Shown: in pieces, positions 1 to 9,851 of the stretch
Position numbering within the stretch: position 1 is the stretch's first letter
How the letters are laid out: every line of letters starts with the position of its first letter
DNA from: Pseudomonadota bacterium
GTDB taxonomy: Bacteria; Pseudomonadota; Alphaproteobacteria; Sphingomonadales; Sphingomonadaceae
Reading direction: 5' to 3'
Length of the DNA: 64,000 nucleotides
Assembly (NCBI GenBank): GCA_038042405.1
Contig: JBBTEI010000028.1
Location: 1,017-65,016 of the forward strand
Notes under the pieces: generated by a model
Seen by the model: the letters and a program-made list of their open reading frames with translations, nothing else
What the model was told of the DNA's origin: nothing
Databases searched by the model: none
Made by a program: the position numbers and the translations under genes

Positions 1-2
1 GC

Positions 3-305
3 GTTCCGGTGAACTTGCCTGATAGCCGCGCCAAGGCGCTGGAGCAGGAAAAAGAGCCCGTCCAGCTTTCACTTGATCAGGACGGCAAGTTGTTCATTGG
101 TGAGAACGCAGTGCCGATGGCGGACCTGCCGCTTCGCCTTGCAGCGATTGCCGACAGCGGCGGGGACAAGCCGCCACAAATCTATCTTCGCGCTGATACC
201 GGGCTTGATTATGGCGAAGTGATGCGTGTTATGGGTGAGCTTAACCGCGCCGGCCTCAACCGGGTTTCGCTCGTTACCACGGCGAGCAGTGACAGCGATC
301 AATAA
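3..305 (+). CDS. tolR: TolR/ExbD-family protein (5' end cut off by the window edge)
   Basis: Frame is open from the window start (VPVNLPDSRA...IYLRADTGLDYGEVMRVMGEL); ExbD/TolR C-terminal motif; first gene of the tolA-tolB-pal run. Confidence 0.9.
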   Translation, partial: VPVNLPDSRAKALEQEKEPVQLSLDQDGKLFIGENAVPMADLPLRLAAIADSGGDKPPQIYLRADTGLDYGEVMRVMGELNRAGLNRVSLVTTASSDSDQ

Positions 306-1147
306 TGGATCGCGCTGAACAAACCGGGCTTGGCGTTGCCATTGCCGGGCATGTTGCCCTGTTTGGTGCGCTTTCGCTTGGTCTGTTGAGTGCGCCAGAC
401 CTGCCAAAACTTGATAATGAACCCGTTGAGGTGACGCTGGCGACCGAGGTTGATTTGCAATCGGCTGCCCCCGTTCCAAGAGAAGCGGTACCGGCGCAGC
501 CCCAGGCCGAGCCTGAACTTATAGAGCCCGCCCCCGCGCCAATCATCGCCGTGTCGCCACCGCCGTTGACCGAAAAATCTCAGCCAAAGCCTGAAACCAA
601 GCCTGTAGCAAAGCTTGAGCCGGCACCAAAGCCCAAACCAAAAGCTGAAACCAAGCCCAAGCCAGTCAAGCTCGCTACAGATGACCCTGACGCACGGCGC
701 AGGCCGGGCTTATCAAAGAGTATCGTTTCGAGCCTTTCGGACACGCCCCCACAAGCCAAAGCGGGTAAAGTTGCTGCACCCTCTACTGCGCCGTCTCAAC
801 CTGTAGGCATTTCGGTTGCCGCAATGACGGGAGCGCAAAAGGCGAGCCTTAATTCGCTGATCTACAGCCAGCTAAAGCCGCACTGGCGTCCGCCATCAGG
901 GGCTGATGCAGAATTGCTGATCACACGGCTTAGCGTCAGGCTGAACAAAGATGGCTCGCTTGCCTCTGATCCTGAGGTATTTGACCAGCAAGGGATCAAC
1001 GATAGTAACCGTACCCAAGCTAAACTGCACGCTGAACGTGCAATTCAGGCAGTTCGTCGCGCTGCACCGTTCAAACTTCCACCAGAGTATTATGAAGCAT
1101 GGAAATGGCTAAGACCGCTCAAACTTTATGTAGGACAACCAGGATGA
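305..1147 (+). CDS. tolA: TolA-like cell-envelope integrity protein
   Basis: N-terminal TM helix, Pro/Lys-rich linker, TonB/TolA C-terminal domain (AIQAVRRAAPFKLP); lies between tolR and tolB. Confidence 0.8.
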   Translation: MDRAEQTGLGVAIAGHVALFGALSLGLLSAPDLPKLDNEPVEVTLATEVDLQSAAPVPREAVPAQPQAEPELIEPAPAPIIAVSPPPLTEKSQPKPETKPVAKLEPAPKPKPKAETKPKPVKLATDDPDARRRPGLSKSIVSSLSDTPPQAKAGKVAAPSTAPSQPVGISVAAMTGAQKASLNSLIYSQLKPHWRPPSGADAELLITRLSVRLNKDGSLASDPEVFDQQGINDSNRTQAKLHAERAIQAVRRAAPFKLPPEYYEAWKWLRPLKLYVGQPG

Positions 1148-2463
1148 GACGAGTGAAACTTGCTGGTTATGCGGCAGCGCTGTTGCTGACATCCAACGCC
1201 CATGCGCAATTGAGCGTGGATGTTGATGGTAGTATTGAAAAAGACCTCAATATCGCAGTGCCTGCAATGCCAACGCCCGCTGACGCATCGACTGCAGCAG
1301 GGGCAACAACTGCGCTTGGGCGGCAAGTTGCGGAAGTCATCGCCTCCGATTTGCGTGGTAGCGGCTTGTTCAAACCCGCTGGCCCAACAGGCCTTAAAGG
1401 TGTGGCATTTGAAGAAGTGACTAAGCCAGAGTTTGATCATTGGTCGGGCAAGGGGGCCGAAGCGCTGGTTCAAGGATTTGTCCGTGCGAACCCCGACGGT
1501 GCGATTACGGTTGGCTGCTATCTTTACGATGTCGCGCTCAAATCTGAACTGACGCGCGCGGGCTATGTGATTGCGCCTGCGGACTGGCGGCGCGCGGCGC
1601 ATAAATGTGCTGACGCAATCTATGCCAAACTATCGGGCGAAAGCCCCTTCTTTGATAGTCGCATCGCTTACATTGCCGAAAGCGGCCCCAAAGACCGCCG
1701 GGTCAAGCGGCTCGCGATCATGGATTCGGATGGCGCGAACCACCGCTTTATCACTAATGGCCAGACGCTTGCGCTTACGCCGCGTTTTTCACCGGATTAC
1801 AAGTCGATCCTTTACCTGAGTTATCTCAACAACCGCCCACGCATTTTCATCTATGATATTGCCAGTGGCAGACAGCGGCTTGTTACCGAAAGCGCGAACC
1901 CGACCTTTGCCCCACGTTTTTCACCCGACGGCAAGACCATCCTTTATTCAATGGCCATTGCGGGCAATACTGATATCTACCGCATTTCAGCAAATGGCGG
2001 CACGCCGCAGCGGCTGACCAACACGCCTGGCATTGATACCGGCGGCAGCTACTCTCCTGATGGCAAGCGAATCGTGTTTGAAAGCGATCGTTCGGGTGGC
2101 CAGCAAATTTATGTGATGAACGCCGATGGTTCGGATCAAACACGGATCAGCTTTGGTGGCGGTCGCCACGCTACCCCCGAATGGAGCCCGCGCGGTGATT
2201 TGATCGCCTTTACCAAGATCGCAGGCAATTTCCGGATTGGTGTGATGACGCCGAGCGGCAATGGTGAAAAGCTGCTGACCGAAACATGGCAGGATGAGGC
2301 ACCAAGCTGGTCACCCAATGGCCGTGTGATCCAGTTTTTCCGCACGGCAAAGGGATCGGGTAAGGCCAGCGTTTGGCAGGTTGATCTAACGGGTGTTAAT
2401 GAACGTCGTATCCCGACGCCAATCGAAGGCTCAGACCCCGCTTGGGGGCCCTTGCTTCCGTGA
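1144..2463 (+). CDS. tolB: Tol-Pal system beta-propeller protein TolB
   Basis: Signal peptide; FFDSRIAYI; PD40 repeats (PRFSPD, SYSPDG, PEWSPRG, PSWSPNG); ATG at 1144 overlaps the tolA stop. Confidence 0.95.
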   Translation: MRRVKLAGYAAALLLTSNAHAQLSVDVDGSIEKDLNIAVPAMPTPADASTAAGATTALGRQVAEVIASDLRGSGLFKPAGPTGLKGVAFEEVTKPEFDHWSGKGAEALVQGFVRANPDGAITVGCYLYDVALKSELTRAGYVIAPADWRRAAHKCADAIYAKLSGESPFFDSRIAYIAESGPKDRRVKRLAIMDSDGANHRFITNGQTLALTPRFSPDYKSILYLSYLNNRPRIFIYDIASGRQRLVTESANPTFAPRFSPDGKTILYSMAIAGNTDIYRISANGGTPQRLTNTPGIDTGGSYSPDGKRIVFESDRSGGQQIYVMNADGSDQTRISFGGGRHATPEWSPRGDLIAFTKIAGNFRIGVMTPSGNGEKLLTETWQDEAPSWSPNGRVIQFFRTAKGSGKASVWQVDLTGVNERRIPTPIEGSDPAWGPLLP

Positions 2464-2481
2464 ATTTGAGAGGAGTTTAGC

Positions 2482-2994
2482 ATGACCAAAACCCGCAATA
2501 CATTGATGGTAGCCCTCGCGTTGATTGCGCTTTCCGCTTGTGCGAAGAAACGGGTTGAACTTCCGCCTGCTCCTATCGGGACGCAGGGCGATCAAGGACA
2601 AGGAACACCGACGCAGTCATCCGGGCCGATGGCTGGTAGTCAGGAAGATTTTGTTGCGAGCATTACCGCAGACCGGATTTTCTTTGATACTGATAAGTTC
2701 GATGTTGATGCCGAGGATCAGGAAGTGCTCCGCAGTCAGGCAGCGTGGCTCGCCAAATATCCCAACAAACGTGTGACGATCGAAGGCCATGCCGATGAGC
2801 GCGGTACCCGCGATTACAATATTGCGCTCGGCGAACGGCGCGCCAACTCTGCGAAGAATTTTCTTGCATCTCTCGGCGTTGATGCTGCGCGTATCTCAAC
2901 GATCAGCTACGGTAAGGAACGCCCCGACGCCCTTGGGTCTGATGAAGCAAGTTGGGCACGCAACCGCCGCGCGGTGACGCTCACGGTTCAGTAA
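2482..2994 (+). CDS. pal: Peptidoglycan-associated lipoprotein Pal
   Basis: Lipobox LSAC; OmpA-like domain IEGHADERGTRDYNIALGERRA...SYGKERP. Confidence 0.95.
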   Translation: MTKTRNTLMVALALIALSACAKKRVELPPAPIGTQGDQGQGTPTQSSGPMAGSQEDFVASITADRIFFDTDKFDVDAEDQEVLRSQAAWLAKYPNKRVTIEGHADERGTRDYNIALGERRANSAKNFLASLGVDAARISTISYGKERPDALGSDEASWARNRRAVTLTVQ

Positions 2995-3080
2995 AGATGT
3001 TTATCCGGCAACGCCTGTAGCTTTGGGTGCGGCAATGGCATAGATATTGCCGATCAGACCCGCGCAGCATTGAAGAGGAT

Positions 3081-3755
3081 ATGAGGGTGATGGACGCAGC
3101 ATTTTTGTCCGCCATTGCCGATGTGCTCTGGCCGATTATTGCGCTCCTTTTGCTTGTGGCAATTTACCGGCCGGTCTCGCGGATGATCGGTCAGATCGCC
3201 AATCGTGGGGGCACGATTAAAATTGGCGAATTTGAACTGTCGTTGCCTGAAATTGCGCAGCAGCAGCAGGTATCAATTTCTGACCTGCAGGCTCAAGTTG
3301 CTGAGCTTAAAAAGGCGGTTGAAACCAATCTTGCTGCGGCTGGAAAGGCATTAATTGTCGCTGAAACAAAATCTGCCACCATCCGTTCGGGCAAGCGGAT
3401 TCTTTGGGTGGACGATCACCCCGAAAATAATGGATCATTGCAGGCAGCACTTGCTGATCAAGGGTTTGAGATACAGAATGCACTCACCACGGAAACGGCT
3501 TTCCAGCTTCTGGCGAGCGCGCCGTTTGATTTCATAATTTCCGATATGGTGCGGGGTATGGACCGCAGCGCTGGCCTCAATCTAGCGCGAAGCATCAAGC
3601 AAAAAGACCCTGCGCAAAAATTTGCAATTTACTGCGGCATGAACAATGCCAATCGACTTATGGGGAGCAAGCAGGCGCAGGGCGTTGATCTGATCACCGC
3701 GTCGCCGATTGAACTCATGTTATTCCTAACCGCTGGCATCGGCGCAATAGGGTGA
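3081..3755 (+). CDS. Membrane-anchored protein with coiled coil and an atypical C-terminal receiver (REC) domain
   Basis: N-terminal hydrophobic helix, QQQQ/coiled-coil segment, then RILWVDDHPENN...IISDM; GAGG RBS before ATG 3081. Confidence 0.75.
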   Translation: MRVMDAAFLSAIADVLWPIIALLLLVAIYRPVSRMIGQIANRGGTIKIGEFELSLPEIAQQQQVSISDLQAQVAELKKAVETNLAAAGKALIVAETKSATIRSGKRILWVDDHPENNGSLQAALADQGFEIQNALTTETAFQLLASAPFDFIISDMVRGMDRSAGLNLARSIKQKDPAQKFAIYCGMNNANRLMGSKQAQGVDLITASPIELMLFLTAGIGAIG

Positions 3756-3907
3756 CGTTCAATTCGGCTGCCGCTGATTACGCCCTGCATTATGGGCTTG
3801 CGTTAACGGGCTGAAATGTTTGAAAGGCAGCTTTGGGAACTTGCTGCACGGCCAGAAGTCGGACTTGAAGCCGACGTGGAGGTTGAGTCGGCTTAGGAGG
3901 GGCATCC

Positions 3908-5326
3908 ATGAAAATCCGAAACCCACGCTCCGGCGCGCATGATTATGAGATCGCGCCGTTCGACGCCAATGCACTTGCGATACGTGCGGGTGAAATGCGC
4001 GATTTGCAGATTGGCTGGAGTGCTTACTCGCCGTCACAGCGCTGTAAGATAATGCTCAAATTTGCCGACGCAATTGAACGGCACCGTGAAGCCATCGCCC
4101 ATGCACTGATCCTTGATACCGGACGCGCCGCGATATCACATGTTGAAATCGATGAGGTGCTCGGAATGATTACGCGCTGCGAAGGCGCTGCCCCGTTCCA
4201 GATCGCTCGCGCGTCCGCCAAAGATCGCCAGACGAGCATTGCGAATATATCAACCTCAACTCAGCTTGTGCCCTATCCGTTGATCGGGATTATATCACCG
4301 TGGAATTTTCCGCTCATGCTCGCTTTGATGGATGCGATCCCGGCGCTTGCTGCGGGTTGTTCGGTGATTGTTAAGCCGTCGGAGATCACGCCGCGTTTCA
4401 TACGACCGCTTATGGCTGCAATTGCCGAGGTTGAAGAGCTTCCGCTGACGGTTATCGAAGGCGATGGTGCGACGGGGAGGGCGATGATCCCGCTCATTGA
4501 CTATTTGGCGTTTACGGGTTCGGTCGCAACAGGGCGTGTAGTCGCTGTCGCTGCGGCGACTGCATTTATTCCGGCAAGTCTTGAGCTTGGTGGCAAAGAT
4601 CCAATGATTATTCTCGCCAGCGCTGATCCTGTTGTCGCTGCCGAAATCGCGCTGCGGGCTTCGGTTTTTAATTCTGGGCAGGCATCTCAATCAATCGAGC
4701 GCGTCTATGTCGCCCGCGCGATCGCGGAGCCATTTCTGGTCGCACTCGTCCAGCAGGCAAAGGCGGTTCGCTTCAACTATCCCGATATCAACAGCGGCGA
4801 TATAGGGCCGCTCATTTCGGTTGCGCAGGCAGACATTGTCCAAGCGCAAATTGATGATGCCCGGGAAAATGGCGCGCATGTCTTGGCCGGAGGGCAGATC
4901 GAAACGCTTGGCGGCGGTAAATATCTTCGACCTACCGTGCTCGCGTCGGTCACACCGGATATGCGGGTGATGGCTGAGGAGACATTTGGCCCGGTCATTC
5001 CCGTGACTTTGTTTGATAGCAGCGACGAAGCAATTCGCATGGCAAATGACGGAATCTACGGCCTGTCAGCGGCAGTGATTGCCGGGTCTTTTAAGGAGGC
5101 TGAGGTGGTTGGCGCGCAACTCAATGTTGGTGCCGTGTCGATCAATGATGGCGCGCTCACCTCGATTGTGTGGGAAGCAGAGAAATCGAGCTTTGGTTTG
5201 TCGGGCCTTGGTGCATCGCGGATGGGGGAAAGCGGGTTGCTCCGCTTCTTCCGCAAGCGCGCGATGATCCGTCAAACAGGTGCCGCTCTGCCGCTCTCAG
5301 CCTATGGCGAAGGTGTCGGCAAATGA
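3908..5326 (+). CDS. Aldehyde dehydrogenase family protein with Ser at the catalytic Cys position
   Basis: ISPWNFP, VKPSEITP, FTGSVATG, LELGGKDP, EETFGP motifs; catalytic loop reads NSGQASQSIER. Confidence 0.9.
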   Translation: MKIRNPRSGAHDYEIAPFDANALAIRAGEMRDLQIGWSAYSPSQRCKIMLKFADAIERHREAIAHALILDTGRAAISHVEIDEVLGMITRCEGAAPFQIARASAKDRQTSIANISTSTQLVPYPLIGIISPWNFPLMLALMDAIPALAAGCSVIVKPSEITPRFIRPLMAAIAEVEELPLTVIEGDGATGRAMIPLIDYLAFTGSVATGRVVAVAAATAFIPASLELGGKDPMIILASADPVVAAEIALRASVFNSGQASQSIERVYVARAIAEPFLVALVQQAKAVRFNYPDINSGDIGPLISVAQADIVQAQIDDARENGAHVLAGGQIETLGGGKYLRPTVLASVTPDMRVMAEETFGPVIPVTLFDSSDEAIRMANDGIYGLSAAVIAGSFKEAEVVGAQLNVGAVSINDGALTSIVWEAEKSSFGLSGLGASRMGESGLLRFFRKRAMIRQTGAALPLSAYGEGVGK

Positions 5327-5396
5327 ATTTGATTGTGGTTTCGGTGTAGATGGCACCGATGTCTGGCGAACCAGTGTTAGTGGCTAAGAGGTGACG

Positions 5397-6272
5397 TCAC
5401 CCAAGCCATGCGCGCAGCAACGTATTGGCAATTGCAAACCTCGGGGGTGCATTGAAACGTGCGTCTTCGGCTCCCGCTAGTGCCGCTTCTACGTCACTGC
5501 GCGTCACCCACATCGCGTCTTCAAGCTCGGTAGTATCGATGGTGAGAGCATCACTCTCCGCTTCTCCGATACATGCGATCATCAGCGAAGCCGCAGGGAA
5601 TGGCCAAGGTTGGCTGGCAACGTAGCGGACGTTGGATACGATCACTCCCGCCTCTTCAAAAAGCTCACGCCGCACCGCTTCCTCGATTGATTCACCGGGC
5701 TCAAGGAAGCCAGCGAGTGCGGAATAGTTGCGCGGCGGGAAGCGCGGCTGTCGCCCGACCAATATCTTGTCCTCAAATTCGGCGAGCATGATGACAACGG
5801 GATCAACGCGTGGAAAATGCTCGGTTTCACAAGCAGCGCATTTGCGGCCCCAGCCAGCGCGGAATATTGCTGTCGCCCCACCACACCGGCCGCAAAAGCC
5901 GTGGCGGTGATGCCAATCGATCACGCTACGCGCGGTGCCGTAAATCGCTGCTTGCTCGGCGGGCAAGCTATTCAGGACACGCCAGAGCGAAGGCGTGCGA
6001 AATCCGTCAGCAAAGGGTGCGTGCGGGATGACAACAAAGTGTGGCTTTTCTTCAAGCAGTCCCAGCAGGATCAGTTCGGCATCATCGGAAACACCGGCCA
6101 TTGATGTCCATGCAAGATTACCAACGTCGTCGGTCAGCGGATCGCCGCCGTCAAAGGCCAATACGCGAGCACGCCAATTGGAGGCATGAGCTGCATAAGC
6201 GTCGGGGTCACTGCGCACCGGATCAACGCGGTCTAGCGGTGATCCGGTAAAGCCTGGGCGGTATCGGTTCAC
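5397..6272 (-). CDS. nudC: NAD(+) diphosphatase NudC
   Basis: Zn ribbon CGRC...CAAC, HFPRVDP, Nudix box GESIEEAVRRELFEEAG, SQPWPFP; probable GTG start at 6272. Confidence 0.9.
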   Translation of the reverse strand: MNRYRPGFTGSPLDRVDPVRSDPDAYAAHASNWRARVLAFDGGDPLTDDVGNLAWTSMAGVSDDAELILLGLLEEKPHFVVIPHAPFADGFRTPSLWRVLNSLPAEQAAIYGTARSVIDWHHRHGFCGRCGGATAIFRAGWGRKCAACETEHFPRVDPVVIMLAEFEDKILVGRQPRFPPRNYSALAGFLEPGESIEEAVRRELFEEAGVIVSNVRYVASQPWPFPAASLMIACIGEAESDALTIDTTELEDAMWVTRSDVEAALAGAEDARFNAPPRFAIANTLLRAWLG

Positions 6273-6273
6273 T

Positions 6274-7554
6274 CTACAGGCTTGCGTAAACGGTCTTGCC
6301 AAATTCAATCGTGAAGGGCTGTCCGCCCTGCGTCATGATCTGTGACCAGCCCGACGCGCGAATTTTGCGGGTGCGATCAACCCAACCAATCGTTGAAGCA
6401 GCGCCACCCCAACCGTAGGTGCCAATCCCTTCACCATTGGCACCGCTGACAATCGTCACCCGACCGCCAGCGCCAAATCCCTGACCTTTGACATAGCTTT
6501 CCATAACTGTGTCAGGGCCGACGAGGTTTGACATTGCGGTGTTTGCTGCAAGCTTGCCCATGATCCGCGTTTGACCGAGCGCGCCTTCGCCCATCAGCAT
6601 CGCAAGGAAGCGATCATAATCGCGCATCGATGAAACAAGCCCGGCACCGCCAAACGGGAAGGCCGGTTTATCAAGAAACACGCTGTCGGGGCCTGGATCA
6701 ATCGGGAATGCGCCGGTGGGCAGGGCAAAATGATTGGTGGTCAGGCGTTTGACTTCGCTGGCCGGAACCTGAAAATAGGTGCTCGTCATACCAAGTGGAT
6801 CGAAGATGCGTGTTTTGAGGAAGGTATCGAACGGCATACCACTCACGACCTCAATCACGCGGCCAAGCAGATCAAGGCTGACCGAATAGCTCCACTTAAC
6901 CCCCGGATCGGCGATTAGTGGAAGGGTGCCAAGCCGATTCGCAAATTCTTCGAGGCTTGGCGCGGCGGGGGCGCGTGATATGCCGGGGAGTTCGCGGCGG
7001 CTGACGCTGCCCGGAGAAATTCCGGCCTTGATATAGGCATCAAGCAACGGCCCTTTTGTTACAATCGAATAACCCAGGCCCGCAGTATGCGTGAGCAAGC
7101 TACGTATCGTGATTGGTGCGCGCGACGGGCGCGCGTCAAGGCTGTTGGCGGGATCGGTCAATACTTTAGGACTGGCGAAGGCGGGCAGCAGATCAGCGAC
7201 ATTCTGATCCATCTTCAGCTTGCCGTCTTCGATTAACATCATCACCGCAATGCCGGTAATCGGCTTGGTCATTGAATAGCAGCGCCAAAGCGTATCGGGT
7301 GTGATTGCTGTTGTATCACCAAAGGCAAGGCTACCCGCTGTCAGAAAATCGGCTTGATCGGTGCCGCGTGCAATTGCTGCGCCGACGCCGGGAACATATT
7401 TCTTGGCAATGGTCGCATCAAGCATCGCCTGAATTGGCGTCCAGCTTGAAGAAATTCCGCGCGCAGCTTCTTTGGCCCAAGCAGGTGCGCCCAGCAGGCC
7501 GCCAGCGAGCAAGCTTCCGCCAAGAAAATGGCGACGATTGAGTATCAGGCTCAT
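6274..7554 (-). CDS. Serine hydrolase, beta-lactamase/class C-like family, Tat-exported
   Basis: Twin-arginine signal NRRHFLGG; SxxK motif (SMTK); WSYS; WGGAAST. Confidence 0.85.
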   Translation of the reverse strand: MSLILNRRHFLGGSLLAGGLLGAPAWAKEAARGISSSWTPIQAMLDATIAKKYVPGVGAAIARGTDQADFLTAGSLAFGDTTAITPDTLWRCYSMTKPITGIAVMMLIEDGKLKMDQNVADLLPAFASPKVLTDPANSLDARPSRAPITIRSLLTHTAGLGYSIVTKGPLLDAYIKAGISPGSVSRRELPGISRAPAAPSLEEFANRLGTLPLIADPGVKWSYSVSLDLLGRVIEVVSGMPFDTFLKTRIFDPLGMTSTYFQVPASEVKRLTTNHFALPTGAFPIDPGPDSVFLDKPAFPFGGAGLVSSMRDYDRFLAMLMGEGALGQTRIMGKLAANTAMSNLVGPDTVMESYVKGQGFGAGGRVTIVSGANGEGIGTYGWGGAASTIGWVDRTRKIRASGWSQIMTQGGQPFTIEFGKTVYASL

Positions 7555-8609
7555 CAAATATCCTTCCATGTCATTGCCAATACTGCCGCCTTTGCAAACA
7601 GACTTGGCAATCCAGCGTCATCAAGGCGCGCTACGTTCCACCATTCCCCGTCCAGTTGCGGCTTGCAACCCCTTTTTAGACGAATGCCCTGAATATTGAG
7701 TGTGAGGCGGAAATGGGTGAAAATATGGGGCACGGTTCCAAGCGATTGCCAATCGCCCGCGAAGGGCGGTGTGATTGCGGGTGCGTCACTCCATTCTCCC
7801 GAAGGCAGTGCGCGCATCCCGCCAAGTAATCCGCTTTCAGGACGGCGAACAAGCAACACCTCGCCATCACATTGTATCCACCAAGCCGTACCAGCCCGTT
7901 CCGGGCGTTTGGTTTTCGGGGCTTTGACTGGATAGGTTTGGGGCGCGTCCCTGCCCGCGCAAGACTCCATGACCGGGCACAACATGCAGCGCGGATTACG
8001 CGGGGTGCAGAGGCTGCGTGCAAGATCCATCAGCCCTTGTGCGAAATCACCCGCAGCATTGTCTGGTGTAAGTGCGTCCATTGCCTCATAAATCTCGGCG
8101 CGGGCGGCAGGCATCGGTGTTTCAATCGCAAAAAGTCGCGCGATTACGCGTTCGATATTGCCGTCGACGACGACCGCGCGCTTCCCGAAGGCGAAGGCTG
8201 AAATTGCCGCTGCGGTATAGGTGCCAATGCCGGGCAGAGCGCGGAGGCCGACCTCATCTTCAGGAAAATGCCCGCTGCCCGCAGCAACTGCGCGCGCGCA
8301 TGCCAGCAGGTTGCGCGCGCGGGCATAATAGCCAAGCCCGGCCCACGCCGACATCACTTCAGCATCATCAGCGGCTGCAAGCGCTGCGACGCTTGGCCAG
8401 CGCGTGGTGAAACGCTCAAAATAGGGAGTTACGGCCGCAACCGTGGTCTGCTGGAGCATCACTTCGGAGAGCCAGACGCGGTAGGGCCAATCAGGATCAT
8501 CAAGTGGCAGCGCATAGCCCGGTGGGTTGCGCCACGGCAAATCTCGTGCGTTCGTCGAAAAATGTGCCAGAATCTTGTGGGCAATGTGCGCAGGTATATC
8601 GACGGGCAT
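7554..8609 (-). CDS. mutY: A/G-specific adenine glycosylase MutY
   Basis: SEVMLQQT, HhH LPGIGTYTA, VDGN, Fe-S motif CTPRNPRCMLCPVMESC, C-terminal Nudix-like domain. Confidence 0.95.
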   Translation of the reverse strand: MPVDIPAHIAHKILAHFSTNARDLPWRNPPGYALPLDDPDWPYRVWLSEVMLQQTTVAAVTPYFERFTTRWPSVAALAAADDAEVMSAWAGLGYYARARNLLACARAVAAGSGHFPEDEVGLRALPGIGTYTAAAISAFAFGKRAVVVDGNIERVIARLFAIETPMPAARAEIYEAMDALTPDNAAGDFAQGLMDLARSLCTPRNPRCMLCPVMESCAGRDAPQTYPVKAPKTKRPERAGTAWWIQCDGEVLLVRRPESGLLGGMRALPSGEWSDAPAITPPFAGDWQSLGTVPHIFTHFRLTLNIQGIRLKRGCKPQLDGEWWNVARLDDAGLPSLFAKAAVLAMTWKDI

Positions 8610-8635
8610 GGCTTGCTATGGCATGGAGCGGCGTC

Positions 8636-9163
8636 ATGGTGAAGCAAAAGTCCGGTAAAAGCGTAGAGGAACGGCCGCGTGGTGGCCGCGCCAAGCGCAT
8701 GGGCGAGATGATCCCGGACGTTGGCGGCGCTGCTTTCCGCCGTTTTGGCTTTGTCCAATCCTCGGTTGTGAGCCGCTGGCGCGAGATTGTCGGCGAGAAA
8801 TACGCCGAAGTTTCAACGCCCGAATCGATCCGTTTTCCCCACGGCAAACGTGCTGACGGCACACTGACGCTGATGGTATCAAGCGCACATGCGCCGATGA
8901 TGCAGCATGTCGGCCCGACGATCATTGAGCGGGTTAATCGCTTCTTTGGCTATAGCGCGGTGATCCGCGTGATTCTGCGTCAGGGTGAAGTGGCGCGGAC
9001 GCCTGTTCGGCCAAAGCCGCCGCAGCTTGTGCCGTTGCCGGTTGAACTTGGTGACAGCTTGCGCACGATTGCTGATCCTGAACTCAAAGCCGTCCTTGAA
9101 TCGCTCGCGCGCGGCGTCGCGACTCAGGCGGCCACATTTATTTCAATCGGGAAAATCTCATGA
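8636..9163 (+). CDS. DUF721/DciA-like protein
   Basis: Resembles DUF721 (WREIVG...PESIRF...IERVNRFFGY); conserved position divergent from mutY; start uncertain. Confidence 0.75.
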   Translation: MVKQKSGKSVEERPRGGRAKRMGEMIPDVGGAAFRRFGFVQSSVVSRWREIVGEKYAEVSTPESIRFPHGKRADGTLTLMVSSAHAPMMQHVGPTIIERVNRFFGYSAVIRVILRQGEVARTPVRPKPPQLVPLPVELGDSLRTIADPELKAVLESLARGVATQAATFISIGKIS

Positions 9164-9843
9164 AGCCTCTTTTTCTCATCGTTATTGCAACACTTTCAAT
9201 TGGTGCAGCGCCACCTGCGCCCAATTGGACATCGAAGGTGAACCTTGCGCCAAATGGTGCCTTCGTGATGGGCAATCCAGCGGCGAAGGCCAAGCTTGTT
9301 GAATATCTCTCCTACACCTGCTCGCACTGTGCCGAATTTAATGTTGAAGCAGCCGCGCCGCTCAAGCGCGATTATGTCGCCAAGGGGCTGGTGAGTGTCG
9401 AGTTTCGCAACGCCGTGCGTGACCGGCTTGATTTTACCGCTGCGCTGATTGCCCGCTGCGGCGGGCCCCGTCAGTTTTTCGCGATTTCGGATCAGTTGAT
9501 GGCAACGCAAAGCGTTTGGCTCGGCAAGGCGCAGACGTTTGCCGAAGCCAATGGCGAAAAACTTGAAAAAATGCCAATTAATGAAGGTCTGAAGCTTATC
9601 GCGCGCGGGCTTGGTTTTGATATGATCCTGAAGGCGCGCGGGATTACACCTGTTGACATGGATGCCTGCCTCACCAACAAGGCGGCGCAGGATAAGATCG
9701 CGGGGATGACCAACGAAGCTTGGGGATCGCGCAAAATCCAGGGCACACCAAGCTTTCTGATCAATGACTCGATCGTTACAGCGCCTGGAAAATGGGCATT
9801 AATCGAACCAGAATTGAAAACGGCGCTGGCCGCTAAAAAATGA
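9160..9843 (+). CDS. DsbA-family thioredoxin-fold protein
   Basis: Signal peptide, MGNPAAK, EYLSYTCSHC, cis-Pro loop GTPSFLIN. Confidence 0.85.
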   Translation: MKPLFLIVIATLSIGAAPPAPNWTSKVNLAPNGAFVMGNPAAKAKLVEYLSYTCSHCAEFNVEAAAPLKRDYVAKGLVSVEFRNAVRDRLDFTAALIARCGGPRQFFAISDQLMATQSVWLGKAQTFAEANGEKLEKMPINEGLKLIARGLGFDMILKARGITPVDMDACLTNKAAQDKIAGMTNEAWGSRKIQGTPSFLINDSIVTAPGKWALIEPELKTALAAKK

Positions 9844-9851
9844 GGATATCA

